Assembly (NCBI GenBank): GCA_030867685.1
Contig: JAQOWU010000008.1
Span: 744,001-808,000, forward strand
From: Wickerhamiella versatilis
Lineage: Eukaryota
Reading direction: 5' to 3'
Length of the DNA stretch: 64,000 bases
This document shows positions 21,101 to 30,885 of the stretch, in pieces (the first letter of the stretch is position 1; every line of letters starts with the position of its first letter). The position numbers and the translations under genes are program-made. The notes beneath the pieces were generated by a model. It was given only the letters and a program-made list of their open reading frames with translations, did no database searches and was not told the origin of the DNA.

Positions 21101-21236
21101 TGAAAAGGATAACATATATTCCTTGATCTCCCGTAAATCGATTGATGTGCTCAAAGATCCGGCTTTCCGTGACCAGGTACCAAGAGAAGATTGGCTTCTT
21201 ATCAAGAAGCTAAAGACCGTGTTCGATATCAAATGA
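18177..21236 (+). CDS. FUN12: Translation initiation factor eIF5B
   Basis: Starts MGKKKG with a charged N-terminus. Motifs [25 protein letters not shown] and NKID. Confidence 0.96.
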   Translation: MGKKKGAKSGGDFWDEDPELSQQPESEELYPEGSPAVDEDSSAPQIASAADDVEDDGLLGALKRSKNKKDKKSDEAAANEAASKSQQGPAVKSKKEKEREKKEREKAKKRAAAQRKVTIPPPEPKKSQDDNSAEPTPEPEEAGASKSASAKSTGKKKKVNPALAAIQKQQAARKKAEEAKAKAEEEEVRLAEEEERRIIEEEEAAERAKQLKKEQQKKKKEELKAQGKYLTKKQRDQQAQAARFREQMIASGMVVPGLMEKGGSPATNKSKERSATPEVKPTQAAPKPEAKKEPSTEVKKETTKVSEAKPAKPSTEAPKNADEAKSAEDSDDDAIMDDWEAALSDEGEKTAPSSEPSPVAENKAAETREPEAKQTQEDQVSEVPREEWKSLDESRRKEVDAKREERHNKAMASANAKNLRSPICAILGHVDTGKTKLLDNMRKTNVQQGEAGGITQQIGATYFPIELIEKKTETMRSHVNVNFNVPGLLIIDTPGHESFSNLRSRGSSLCNIAILVVDIMHGLEPQTLESIRLLRDRRTPFVVALNKIDRLYGWVSHPDSNVRDSLEAQPESVKREFEDRLEKTKLLFAEQGFNSELYYKNRNMSKYVSLVPTSAVTGEGVPDLLYLLLDLTQSRMSKQLMYLSQLEATILEVKVVEGLGTTIDVILSNGYLHEGDRIVLCGTNGPICTNVRALLTPQPARELRVKSAYVHHKEVKAALGVKISAPDLDHAVAGSRLLVVGPGDNEEDLEDDVMEDMTGLLDSVDKTGEGVCVQASTLGSLEALLDFLKDMKIPVMSIGLGPVYKRDVMRTSTMLERNKEFAVMLCFDVRVDREAEQYANEHGIRLFTADIIYHLFDAFTAYQKQILEERRRANIHEAVFPAVCHTVHVINKRNPMIIGVDIVEGSLHIATPLAIVKPDPNTGEKIVYNLGRIQSMEVEHKPKDSLRKGQTNAGVAVRLDSTGLTNMPTWGRHIDEKDNIYSLISRKSIDVLKDPAFRDQVPREDWLLIKKLKTVFDIK

Positions 21237-21431
21237 TCGAGACGCTTTTAGAAACATGATATGTAGTTATTAGGAGGATAGAAAATCAGCATGGTCCATA
21301 AAACTTTTTCTGAACATTGTTTGACACATCAATACTTCTGTTTATAAAATTGCGTTTACAAGTTCACGGAGTTTAGCTTCTTGTATATCTAATATACAGC
21401 ATTTCATTAATACTATGTAGTCGTTCAGAAG

Positions 21432-23279
21432 CTAAAGCGAAAAATCATTAACGGGTGTCATCTGAGCAATACGAGCAATACTTTGACCCACTGCTCTCAC
21501 ATAGCACAACCCAGTCTCTTCGGTTGCCACACCAATTCCTGTCCCCCTACCTTCACTCATATTATGGCTCCCAGTGGTGATAAAGCCTATTAAAGAGTCA
21601 AATGGGGGATTTTCAATTTTTGGGTCTTGTTTATGCCCTTCTGGAGTATCTGGTAGCGCATAGATCCGGGCAAAATGCACCGGTACACCTCCTGCCAGAA
21701 AACGGACAGAAACCTGATGTACTTTTTTTTCTTTTGGCAAGAGTGACAAGTCAGCACTGAACGGGTTTCCTTGTTCTTTTTCAAAACTAGGCCTTTTCCC
21801 CGGAGGGCGCTGACGCCATTGCTGTTCAAGAAGTTCACGAGTGCTTTGCGCCCATTCGGCACCAGCAGGGAAATGAGGATAATCTCTAGGAAAGTGCGCC
21901 ATGCTTCGTTCATATGCAAGCTGTTCAGACTGTTCAAGACATCCTAGAAGCAAATTGGGCATTTTCATGATGGCATGCCATAAGATGAGTACCCACTGTC
22001 TAGGAAGTAAAATTCGAATACGTGCATCATTAAGCACATATATAGCGGCAGGTATCTTCGGGTCTTTCTGTGAAGCTCCACGATCAGGCTTTTGTCTACG
22101 TCTTTTGTCAATTTCTGACTGAGACTCTTGAGCTCTTACAGAATTGAGCCGTTCTTCGTTTATATAGAGTCCAAATATTTCATGAAATTCGTGTTTTGGC
22201 CAACTTTCAGAAACGTGAACAGCAGATTCGTGAGTCCCTTTGTATTGATTTCTGTGAGGATATGTCAAACGGGGATCATGAAAGCGAATTTGAAGTACTG
22301 CCTGGCGAGGCAAAGAACTCGGTGTACCAATTTGCTGTATTCTATTCCAAAATGTCCCATTACTTGCCATATCATTTGGAACCATACAAGATACCAGAGT
22401 TCTGAGCGCCTGAGATCCTGCCAGATCAATAGATCCAATAGAATATCGACAATCTTCACGTCTGAAGTCCTTGAAATGTTCCCAGAAGTCATTAAAAAGA
22501 GCTGGATGCACATGCAGAACCACTAGGTTTGCCCCATTTTGCCAATGCATCAGAAAAGGACCTAAGAGCTCTGCGATTCCTTGGTATGACTTTGAACCAT
22601 TTAAATAAATTTTTTTTATACATTCAGGATTTAGCCGTTCAGCCACTTCTATCAAATGACGATTAGCATCCGCATTACCACCCCAAACAAGAAGGGTTGA
22701 ATAATAGCTTGTATCCCATGCAATTGATCCACACATATGCAGTCCTACCCGGTGTGTGGGGCGGTACTGCTTTTGGCTTGGCTTTATGGGAATCATCTGA
22801 CCCCATAATTTCATCAGATGGGCACGTTTCTTGTGCCACACATGAGTCGGCAACCACACTTTATCATTCTGACGTTTCGCATATCGCTTGGGAACTACTG
22901 GAAGCGGCGCATATTCATTGAAATCAGGCGTCTCTTGCAGTCCTTCTGCTGGATCTGATGAGGGAACAGCAATAGGAGGTCTCCGACTTTTCGGTTTTTT
23001 GGCATTACCTTTCTCAATCTCCATTTCAGCACGATCTCTCAATCTTTTTGGAACTCTTTTGGCATCATGTGAAGCTGTTCGTCTTCGAAGGACTCTAGGA
23101 ACATTCTGAAAAGCTCGCTTTTTAGCATTCGTATTGGATGCTCCTAATGCTGCTTCAAGCCGCCCTATCTCTGCCTTTCGACTAGCCACAAACTCTTGAA
23201 CATTAAGGCGTCCAGTTACTAGGGCAGGATCCTGGTTCTGTTGTAGTATTTCTCTGCTCTTGAACTTTGGCCGAGCCAT
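21432..23279 (-). CDS. POP1: RNase P/MRP subunit Pop1
   Basis: Motifs RAFQNVPRVLRRRTASH, WLPTHVWHKKR, WDTSY, FPRDYP and IGFITTG. Start taken at MARPK (23279). Confidence 0.92.
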   Translation of the reverse strand: MARPKFKSREILQQNQDPALVTGRLNVQEFVASRKAEIGRLEAALGASNTNAKKRAFQNVPRVLRRRTASHDAKRVPKRLRDRAEMEIEKGNAKKPKSRRPPIAVPSSDPAEGLQETPDFNEYAPLPVVPKRYAKRQNDKVWLPTHVWHKKRAHLMKLWGQMIPIKPSQKQYRPTHRVGLHMCGSIAWDTSYYSTLLVWGGNADANRHLIEVAERLNPECIKKIYLNGSKSYQGIAELLGPFLMHWQNGANLVVLHVHPALFNDFWEHFKDFRREDCRYSIGSIDLAGSQALRTLVSCMVPNDMASNGTFWNRIQQIGTPSSLPRQAVLQIRFHDPRLTYPHRNQYKGTHESAVHVSESWPKHEFHEIFGLYINEERLNSVRAQESQSEIDKRRRQKPDRGASQKDPKIPAAIYVLNDARIRILLPRQWVLILWHAIMKMPNLLLGCLEQSEQLAYERSMAHFPRDYPHFPAGAEWAQSTRELLEQQWRQRPPGKRPSFEKEQGNPFSADLSLLPKEKKVHQVSVRFLAGGVPVHFARIYALPDTPEGHKQDPKIENPPFDSLIGFITTGSHNMSEGRGTGIGVATEETGLCYVRAVGQSIARIAQMTPVNDFSL

Positions 23280-23311
23280 CACGTAAGTGTCTCTATATAA
23301 ACTGGGAATAA

Positions 23312-24823
23312 ATGCTATTGTTCGGATGTCTTTTGACAGCTCGGATATTAGCTGCGCTTTATTCACCTATTCAAGATTGTGATGAAGTCTATAATTTCTG
23401 GGAGCCAACACATTTTCTAACTCATGGCTGGGGGCTTCAGACCTGGGAGTGGTCACCAGTGTATGCTATTAGATCATGGAGCTACGTGGGTCTACATGCA
23501 ACGATCGTAAAAGCTTTAATGCTGTTGGGCGCAAAAAATGAACAGCTATTTTGGGGACTTAGAATTTTCTTGGCTATTTGCGAAGCCTTCGTAGAGAGTC
23601 GTTTGGTTAATGTGCTTTCTCGGCGATTCAATTATAATACGGCAGCACTCTACGTAGCAATAAGTGCTCCTGCAACAGGCATGTTTCATGCCTCTGTATC
23701 CTATTTGCCTAGTAGCTTTGCGATGTATTCCACGGCGTTGGCCACTGCTTATTTTCTCGAAAGTCCGGTGCTTAACGTGGTGAAATACTTGACAATAATA
23801 GCAATAGGTGGACTTCTAGGCTGGCCTTTTGCATTGGTCACCGCATTGCCTCTAGGTTTGTACTACACGGGCCGCGTCGGGATAGGAAGTCGGTGGATTC
23901 GGGCAGCCAGTATCTCTGCCGTTATAATAGGATCGATACTCATCCTGATTACCGCAGTTGATTCTCTGGTTTTTCGTAAATTCGCTGTTGTTCCCTTTAA
24001 TATTGTAGCCTATAATGTGCTGTTTACGGATGCAGATGTTGGTCCAGACATTTTCGGAACAGAACCGTGGACATATTATATTCTCAACGGATTATTGAAC
24101 TTTAACCTCATTTTTCCGATTGCCTTCCTATCGATTCTGCTTTTCACTCGAGCAAAACTGATAGCTAGTATTTCACCTTTCTATCTATGGTTTTGCATTT
24201 TCATGTCCCAACCGCATAAGGAAGAACGGTTCCTATACGTTGTTTATCCTCTTATATGTCTTTCTGCAGCTTTTGCTCTGTCTCGTGTTCCAAGACCACT
24301 GGCGTGGATTCTTGTATCATTCTGCGCAGTCATATCTATATCTCGCAACACAGCGTTGTCTTCTTTCTATACCGCACCATTTGATGTCTATGCTGGAGTA
24401 CCAGAGAATTCAAGTATTTGTGTCGGGCGTGAGTGGTATCGTTACCCTTCATCTTATTTTAACGAAGGGCATTTGAAATTTGTTGAAAGCGGCTACCGAG
24501 GTTTGCTTCCCGGTGAATTTGTCTCTTTTTCAGCAATACCAGATAATATGAATCCCAGAAATGAGTTTGACTCTTCAAAGATCACTTCACTAGATGAGTG
24601 CGACTATCTCGTCGAGTTAAATATACCGGTGAATCCGCAGGCAGGAGAGATTGACCCCAGGCAGTATGATGAATGGGAAGTTGATAAATGTTCATCATTT
24701 CTCGATGCCGATTCATCAACAGGCTTATCCAGGCTGCTCTATTTTGGCATGGAGGAATCACCGCTTGGCATACTAAAAAGAACACAATATTGTCGTTATC
24801 GCCATGTGAGGCAAGCTGTTTAA
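23312..24823 (+). CDS. ALG9: Dol-P-Man alpha-1,2-mannosyltransferase
   Basis: Motifs DCDEVYNFWEP, QTWEWSP, QPHKEERF and GREWYRYPSS. Confidence 0.93.
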   Translation: MLLFGCLLTARILAALYSPIQDCDEVYNFWEPTHFLTHGWGLQTWEWSPVYAIRSWSYVGLHATIVKALMLLGAKNEQLFWGLRIFLAICEAFVESRLVNVLSRRFNYNTAALYVAISAPATGMFHASVSYLPSSFAMYSTALATAYFLESPVLNVVKYLTIIAIGGLLGWPFALVTALPLGLYYTGRVGIGSRWIRAASISAVIIGSILILITAVDSLVFRKFAVVPFNIVAYNVLFTDADVGPDIFGTEPWTYYILNGLLNFNLIFPIAFLSILLFTRAKLIASISPFYLWFCIFMSQPHKEERFLYVVYPLICLSAAFALSRVPRPLAWILVSFCAVISISRNTALSSFYTAPFDVYAGVPENSSICVGREWYRYPSSYFNEGHLKFVESGYRGLLPGEFVSFSAIPDNMNPRNEFDSSKITSLDECDYLVELNIPVNPQAGEIDPRQYDEWEVDKCSSFLDADSSTGLSRLLYFGMEESPLGILKRTQYCRYRHVRQAV

Positions 24824-24972
24824 AGCATGGATGATTTTTTTTGGAGATAACTTCACTTAACAGACTATACTATTATACTTTTTCAAAGCTTTTAATCGTC
24901 CTACGTATCTTGTTGTCAGCAAAACTGGTACTCAAGGCCATATTAAGAAGTGAATCCGACAAACTCGTAGAA

Positions 24973-26238
24973 TTAGGCCTTGTGCAGCATTGCATCGCGA
25001 CCTGCTCCAACGCCTACCCACTTCACAGGAACCTTGATAAAGTCCTCAATGAATGAGATATAATCTTTTGCCTTTTGCGGAAGGTCGCTGTAATTTGTGA
25101 TACCTGATGTGGTTTGCTGCCATCCAGGGAGAGTCTTGTATATCACTTCGACATCCTCTAGCTTCTTAAGGTCAGCTGGGAATGTTTCAAGAATCTCATC
25201 TTTGTACTTATATGCAACAGCAACCTTGATCTCAGGAAGATGGTCCAATACATCAAGCTTCGTGATGTTTATTTGAGTATAACCATTGATGAGAGTTGAA
25301 TACTTAACCACTACCAGGTCAAGCCAACCGCAACGTCGACGTCGGCCGGTAGTGACTCCGAATTCAGCTCCAGTATCCTGAAGATAAACGCCAGTGTCAT
25401 TCAACTGCTCAGTAGGGAATGGTCCCGCTCCAACCCTGGTTGTATAGGCTTTAACTACGCCAATAACCTCACCTATCTTTGAGGGTGGTATTCCGAGACC
25501 AGTACATACACCTCCGACTCCCGTGTTCGAGGAGGTGACAAATGGATAGGTTCCAAAATCAATATCAAGCATGAGGGCGTTGGCGCCCTCTATCAAAACC
25601 TTCTTTTTCGAGGCGATCGCGTGGTGCATGAATGGAACGCTGTCGACAACAAAAGGACGAACCCTTTCACGATAATCCTTAAAACGATCGAGCTCTTCAT
25701 TGGCGTCGAAGTCAAATCCACCAAACCTTCGCTGCTCACCGGCGAGCATACGACGGTAGTTGGTTTCGAATTCATTCCAGTCGCCTAAAAGATGGTGGAC
25801 ACGCAGCCCCTGTCGCGTAGCCTTTGTGGCATATGTAGGACCAATTCCTTTGCCCGTCGTACCGATGGCTTTTCCACTCAGTTCGGCTTCACGTAGCCCG
25901 TCGATTCGCTGATGAAAGTCGAAGACGAGCTGAGCCCTGTCTGAAATGAACAATCGATCAGCACATTTTAGACCCTTGGATTCGATTTTCTCAAGCTCAT
26001 CAAATAGAGACTTGATATGTATCACAACGCCTGAGCCTACAAGGTTTTGGCATCTCGCGTTGACCAATCCGGATGGTAGCATATGGAAGTCGTATTTAAC
26101 CCCGTTTACCACAATGGTATGACCCGCGTTATTTCCGCCTTGGCATCGGGCACATACTTCGACATCATCACAAAGAATGTCGACTAGTTTTCCTTTGCCT
26201 TCGTCTCCCCACTGGCCGCCCAAAACAACAGTAGCCAT
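24973..26238 (-). CDS. ADE12: Adenylosuccinate synthetase
   Basis: Motifs [26 protein letters not shown] and [12 protein letters not shown]. Confidence 0.97.
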   Translation of the reverse strand: MATVVLGGQWGDEGKGKLVDILCDDVEVCARCQGGNNAGHTIVVNGVKYDFHMLPSGLVNARCQNLVGSGVVIHIKSLFDELEKIESKGLKCADRLFISDRAQLVFDFHQRIDGLREAELSGKAIGTTGKGIGPTYATKATRQGLRVHHLLGDWNEFETNYRRMLAGEQRRFGGFDFDANEELDRFKDYRERVRPFVVDSVPFMHHAIASKKKVLIEGANALMLDIDFGTYPFVTSSNTGVGGVCTGLGIPPSKIGEVIGVVKAYTTRVGAGPFPTEQLNDTGVYLQDTGAEFGVTTGRRRRCGWLDLVVVKYSTLINGYTQINITKLDVLDHLPEIKVAVAYKYKDEILETFPADLKKLEDVEVIYKTLPGWQQTTSGITNYSDLPQKAKDYISFIEDFIKVPVKWVGVGAGRDAMLHKA

Positions 26239-26645
26239 TCTAAAGAAGTACTTGTTGATGTGTCAAACTCATCTCCCCGATGAGTAAATTATTTCTGGGT
26301 TTAGGGTTGTAAATGTGTTTTAACTTACAATATATAGCGTGAGTATCGGTTGGCGAACCGCTCTCGGCCATTTTACAGAGGTCCTGCCCGCATGGTTGCG
26401 TAGGACCTAGAGATGTCGCTCTAAGTTACAATTTAAGCGCACGTGCTTATTTATCTTCTACTTGTGAAATTGAGGATAAGTATCAAATTCAAATCAGTGT
26501 TTTAAGAAGTAAGAATAATATCGGAGCACCATGTGGAGCCACATCCAGTGAATGTCATAGCCCTCTTGCAACAGGATCTAAAAACTAGTTAAATCTTGTG
26601 CTGGTGGGTTGATATGACTAAGTGTGTTGTTTACTTGCGTTACCC

Positions 26646-27317
26646 ATGCTCGCTGTAGGAGAGAACCTCTCCCCTGAGCTTTCGGAAGTATCATTCGCTT
26701 CTAGCAATCGAAATTCGCATACGAAAATTCCCTCCAGTAGAAATTGGGCTTCTCTTCTGCGCTTCCCACGGGATGAGGTCTTAAAGAGACTACCTAAGGA
26801 AGGGACCCGGTTTACCTCAAGGGAAACATTTGATTATTTGATAGAGGACCTGGCTCAGGAAAACATTAAACTACGTGAAGAAAATAGCCGCTTGTCGAGT
26901 GATTGTATGAGCAGAGCTAAAATCACATCTGAATTGGAGAATCAATTGGAAACCGCTTGTAGACGAATCCAGGAACTTGAAATAAAGTTCAAGAACTCGC
27001 AAGCTGCCTATGAGGAAAATTTGGCATCAGATAGATCGCAGTCGCAGATGCCGAGACACAACGATCCGAAAGTCGTTGAATCTAGGACACCAACTCAAGA
27101 GCTAACAGAAACCCTCATATCCAGGCCCATTGATATCCAAAAGATACAAGACATCTTCTACAGGCGAGAAATGGTAGGTCGCCATCAGCCTGGCGTTGTC
27201 CTGGAATGCTTAGACTTAATAGACCACATGAGCTCTCAGGAAAGAGAAGGGTCTGAACGCCGTTTAATGCTAGATGCAGCAAGAAAAACCGCAAAGGGAT
27301 TTCTCCCAAAGTACTAG
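26646..27317 (+). CDS. Hypothetical coiled-coil protein (start uncertain)
   Basis: ORF of over 220 codons filling an otherwise empty gap, with a heptad-rich central region. No family recognised. Confidence 0.55.
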   Translation: MLAVGENLSPELSEVSFASSNRNSHTKIPSSRNWASLLRFPRDEVLKRLPKEGTRFTSRETFDYLIEDLAQENIKLREENSRLSSDCMSRAKITSELENQLETACRRIQELEIKFKNSQAAYEENLASDRSQSQMPRHNDPKVVESRTPTQELTETLISRPIDIQKIQDIFYRREMVGRHQPGVVLECLDLIDHMSSQEREGSERRLMLDAARKTAKGFLPKY

Positions 27318-27437
27318 CCTTATTTAAAAATCCTCTGCAAGCTAAACGTTCTGCAGATAGTTTCTAAGATTAATTGCCGGCTTAACGCACGTAATCACAA
27401 GTGAATGGTTTATCAACTAGAGACAATATAATGGTGC

Positions 27438-29969
27438 TTACAGCTTGTCGTAGTATTCCTCATAGCCTGGGACGTTCTCCTTAAGACCACGGCGCTTACG
27501 GGCCTCAGTGACAATAACACCAGGCTTGCTGGTAGGGTCAAGAGGGTCACCGTTCATAGTTTGCCAGTGATCGAAGAACATCTGTGGGAATGCCTGTCCA
27601 CCAGTGGCCTGGCGCAACTCAGTGGTGAAACCGAAAGACTCGTTCACGGGCAAGTAGGCCTTGATGGTGAACATCGGGGTACCAGGACGCTGAACTTCAG
27701 AAACAACTTGACCACGCTTCTTGTTAAGAACAGAGTAGATACCACCGATACCAGTCTCACGGCACTGGATTTCAACCATGAAGACGGGCTCCTGGATGCG
27801 AGGTTCAGCCAAGAGAACACCAGCGAAAGTGGCACGACGCATGGTGGGGATGATTTGACCACCACCACGGTGGATAGCATCAGGATGCAGGGTAACATCG
27901 AGAAGGTTGACACGAATAGAACGCATAGTCTCACCCAAAATTGGACCGTCACGAGTAGCAACCTGGAAAGCAGCAACAACCGAGTCCTTGATTTCATTCA
28001 AGTACTGAACGGCCTTTGTCTGATCAACCACGATATTAGGTCCCATTCCGTCTGGTCCAAAGCACCAGATCTTACGGGCGTCAGTGACATCCCAGCCGAA
28101 CTCGTCGGCCATTATACGCGCACGGGCCTTGATATCACCGTGAGGATCAACCTTACCCTGTTCGATGGCATCAGCCAACTCCTCATCAATAGGCTCGGCC
28201 TTGAGGTAGATACGGTTGTGCTTGTTAGGAGACTTGGAAAGAGCAACCATGCTCGATTCGGCCTCTACGGTCTCACGGTATGAGACAACAGGATCAGAGC
28301 GTCTCAATGGCACACCCGCATGGTCTTCCTCAAGATCCTTCAAGCAAATTTCGAGATGCAGCTCACCAGTGCAAGCAACAATGTGCTCACCGGACTCCGA
28401 GATAGAGGTCTGCACCAATGGGTCGGACTTAGACAAACGCTTAAGACCCTCGACAAGCTTAGGCAAGTCGTTGGCATTCTTGACCTCAACAGCAACCTCA
28501 ACGACAGGAGAGACACTGAACTTCATGACACGCATGTTGTGAGCGTTCTCGTCAGTGGTAAGAGTACCAGATTTAAGCAAGAACTGGTCAATACCGACAA
28601 GACCGACAATGTTACCAGGGGGGCAGTCGTCAATAGACTCAACGCTACGACCCATCATCAGAACGGTACGCTGAATGTTCTTAACGAACAAGTCATCCTT
28701 CTTTCCTGGAACATAGTTAGGGCCCTGGATACGGACCTTCTGGCCTGAGCGGACGGTACCAGCGAAAACACGGCCCATGGCATAGAAACGGCCCTTATCA
28801 GAGGTTGGAACCATCTTAGATACGTAAAGCATCAGCTCAGCCTTAGGATCGCAGTTCTTAATGCCAAGGTAGGCAGCATCATCCTTAGGACCCTCGTAGA
28901 GAGTGTCGACACGGTACTTCTGGGCAGTTGACGGGGAAGGCAAGTGGACACAGATCATCTCCAGAAGGGCATCAGCAGCAGGAAGGAACTTACGCATGAC
29001 ACACTTCAGCAAGGCCTTGTCACGAAGTTCCTTCTCGTCGGCCTTCATGTTGATCTCAAGCTTCTCAAGAAGTGTCCAGAGCTCCTCGAGACGAGAGTTC
29101 TGAACAGCAGAGAAGATGCGGAAAATTGGGTCGAGAACGAAAAGGTTGAAAGCACGCTCAAGAGGCTTTCCATCGGCATCAGTGGCGCTATGAGTCCACT
29201 TCTTGGTCTTGGGGTTGAAGAAGTTATCACCCCAAAGACGCTTCATCATCTTCATCTTGTCGACACCAAACTTCTTGCTGTAACGGATAGCGAACTGGCG
29301 CAATGTGAAGGCCCAGCCCTGCAAAGCAGAGGCAAAGGCAACGGTACCGTTCTCAGGGTAGACCTGGACATCACCAAGAGCCTCGTCATTGTAAGTAGCA
29401 ATGACGACGTTTACGTTCTCAATGACACGCTGGAAGTTCTGATAAAGGTCTTCCTTGGTGGTCTGCAGCTCAAGAAGAGCACGGTCAACCTTGTTAATAC
29501 AGACAACAGGCTTGATACGCTCAGTAAGGGCCTGGCGAAGCACAGTCTCGGTCTGTACACAGCACCCGTCAATCGTGTCAACAACGACAAGAGCACCATC
29601 AGTAACACGCAATGCAGCAGTGACCTCAGAGCTGAAGTCAACGTGACCTGGAGAGTCGATCAAGTTGATCAGGAAAGAGCTGCCGTCAGTTGGTTCCTTG
29701 ACCTCCTCGACCTCATCCTCTGGGATCTTGGCGTACAGAGAGATGGCAGTAGATTTGATAGTGATACCACGCTCCTGCTCGTCCTTACGGGTATCCGTGA
29801 AACGAGCTTCACCAGCCTTGGCAGCCGAAATAATACCGGCACGCTGAACAAGACTATCTGTGAGTGTACTCTTACCATGGTCTACATGGGCAATAATAGC
29901 AATATTTCGCAGGTTGTTCCTCTTGTCCATAAGCTCGCGAATCTGCGAGACTTCAAGAGCCGACACCAT
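27438..29969 (-). CDS. EFT1: Translation elongation factor eEF2
   Basis: Motifs [25 protein letters not shown] and NKVD, diphthamide loop DAIHRGGGQ, and strong codon bias. Confidence 0.97.
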   Translation of the reverse strand: MVSALEVSQIRELMDKRNNLRNIAIIAHVDHGKSTLTDSLVQRAGIISAAKAGEARFTDTRKDEQERGITIKSTAISLYAKIPEDEVEEVKEPTDGSSFLINLIDSPGHVDFSSEVTAALRVTDGALVVVDTIDGCCVQTETVLRQALTERIKPVVCINKVDRALLELQTTKEDLYQNFQRVIENVNVVIATYNDEALGDVQVYPENGTVAFASALQGWAFTLRQFAIRYSKKFGVDKMKMMKRLWGDNFFNPKTKKWTHSATDADGKPLERAFNLFVLDPIFRIFSAVQNSRLEELWTLLEKLEINMKADEKELRDKALLKCVMRKFLPAADALLEMICVHLPSPSTAQKYRVDTLYEGPKDDAAYLGIKNCDPKAELMLYVSKMVPTSDKGRFYAMGRVFAGTVRSGQKVRIQGPNYVPGKKDDLFVKNIQRTVLMMGRSVESIDDCPPGNIVGLVGIDQFLLKSGTLTTDENAHNMRVMKFSVSPVVEVAVEVKNANDLPKLVEGLKRLSKSDPLVQTSISESGEHIVACTGELHLEICLKDLEEDHAGVPLRRSDPVVSYRETVEAESSMVALSKSPNKHNRIYLKAEPIDEELADAIEQGKVDPHGDIKARARIMADEFGWDVTDARKIWCFGPDGMGPNIVVDQTKAVQYLNEIKDSVVAAFQVATRDGPILGETMRSIRVNLLDVTLHPDAIHRGGGQIIPTMRRATFAGVLLAEPRIQEPVFMVEIQCRETGIGGIYSVLNKKRGQVVSEVQRPGTPMFTIKAYLPVNESFGFTTELRQATGGQAFPQMFFDHWQTMNGDPLDPTSKPGVIVTEARKRRGLKENVPGYEEYYDKL

Positions 29970-30349
29970 GAGGGGCGTATGTGTGAAAAATTGAACGTTT
30001 GTAAGCCACGAGGTAGTTGGGCTGTTTGGGTAAGGGTGGATCTTATTGAAGTGACTAACACGGTAGCTCGTTACTCGTTACTGGATATCTTCAACTACAC
30101 GTATACAACTCTATAAAAAAAATAATAATACGCAAAAAGTACTTATTTATTTTACTGGACATTGTTTATTCCATTGAAGCGACTTTTCTGAATATCCCCC
30201 AATTGATTATTCTTAATACTATAGTCTATAGCAAATACTCCCTACGCCTTGTAAAATTCATCAAAGACACTATAGAGTTTAGTTTCGTCACGTGTTGAAA
30301 GCACAGCTTCCAAAATTCCACTATTAGCGATATCATCATTCGTGTAAGC

Positions 30350-30808
30350 ATGTTTCGCCGCCTAGTTTTCCCCATTGCTACTTCACCGTTGCTCCTACTG
30401 TCCACTCAACTGTGTCGGCCTAAGAAAGTCTTCTGTGAAAGCCCATCCCAAGCACAAATTCAATCCCCTAACTCGCTAGCCCGGGTTGCATCCCCCGCTC
30501 ATGGTGTGGGGGGTAAGTCCAGGTTCGGGGGGAAGTTGGACTACCACCAGTTGACTTTCGGGTCATTCGCTGGGTTGCTAACGGGTTTCGTAGTTGGGAA
30601 GGTGAGCAAAATTCTGGTTACGCTCTTCGTTAGTGTTGTCATGGGTGCTGAATATCTCGGTGCGGCAGGCTACGTGGACCTCACTCCTGTATATCGAGGT
30701 ATATACAGATTTTCGAAGCACCATTTGAGCCAGGAAGTTTTGGTCGATGACCCTAGCTTTAAGTACAGTTTTGCTGCGGCATTTCTTATTTCTGCTTTTA
30801 ACTCTTAG
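30350..30808 (+). CDS. FUN14: FUN14-family mitochondrial outer-membrane protein
   Basis: QLTFGSFAGLLTGFVVGKVSK and PSFKYSFAAAFLI. Confidence 0.8.
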   Translation: MFRRLVFPIATSPLLLLSTQLCRPKKVFCESPSQAQIQSPNSLARVASPAHGVGGKSRFGGKLDYHQLTFGSFAGLLTGFVVGKVSKILVTLFVSVVMGAEYLGAAGYVDLTPVYRGIYRFSKHHLSQEVLVDDPSFKYSFAAAFLISAFNS

Positions 30809-30885
30809 ATATGCAATAGAACAAGACGAGCGCTCTCCTTCCACATTTGGTGTGTATCTAATTTGTTTCTTTTCTTTGGGCTAAG

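Noticed and set aside
23283-23339. GTAAGT...CAG candidate intron extending ALG9 upstream
   Set aside because: No good branch motif, the upstream frame hits TGA at 23261 with no ATG, and ALG9 is already complete from 23312.
27561-30116. Long plus-strand ORFs (240, 142 and 390 aa) opposite eEF2
   Set aside because: Antisense shadows expected from the strong codon bias of a highly expressed gene.
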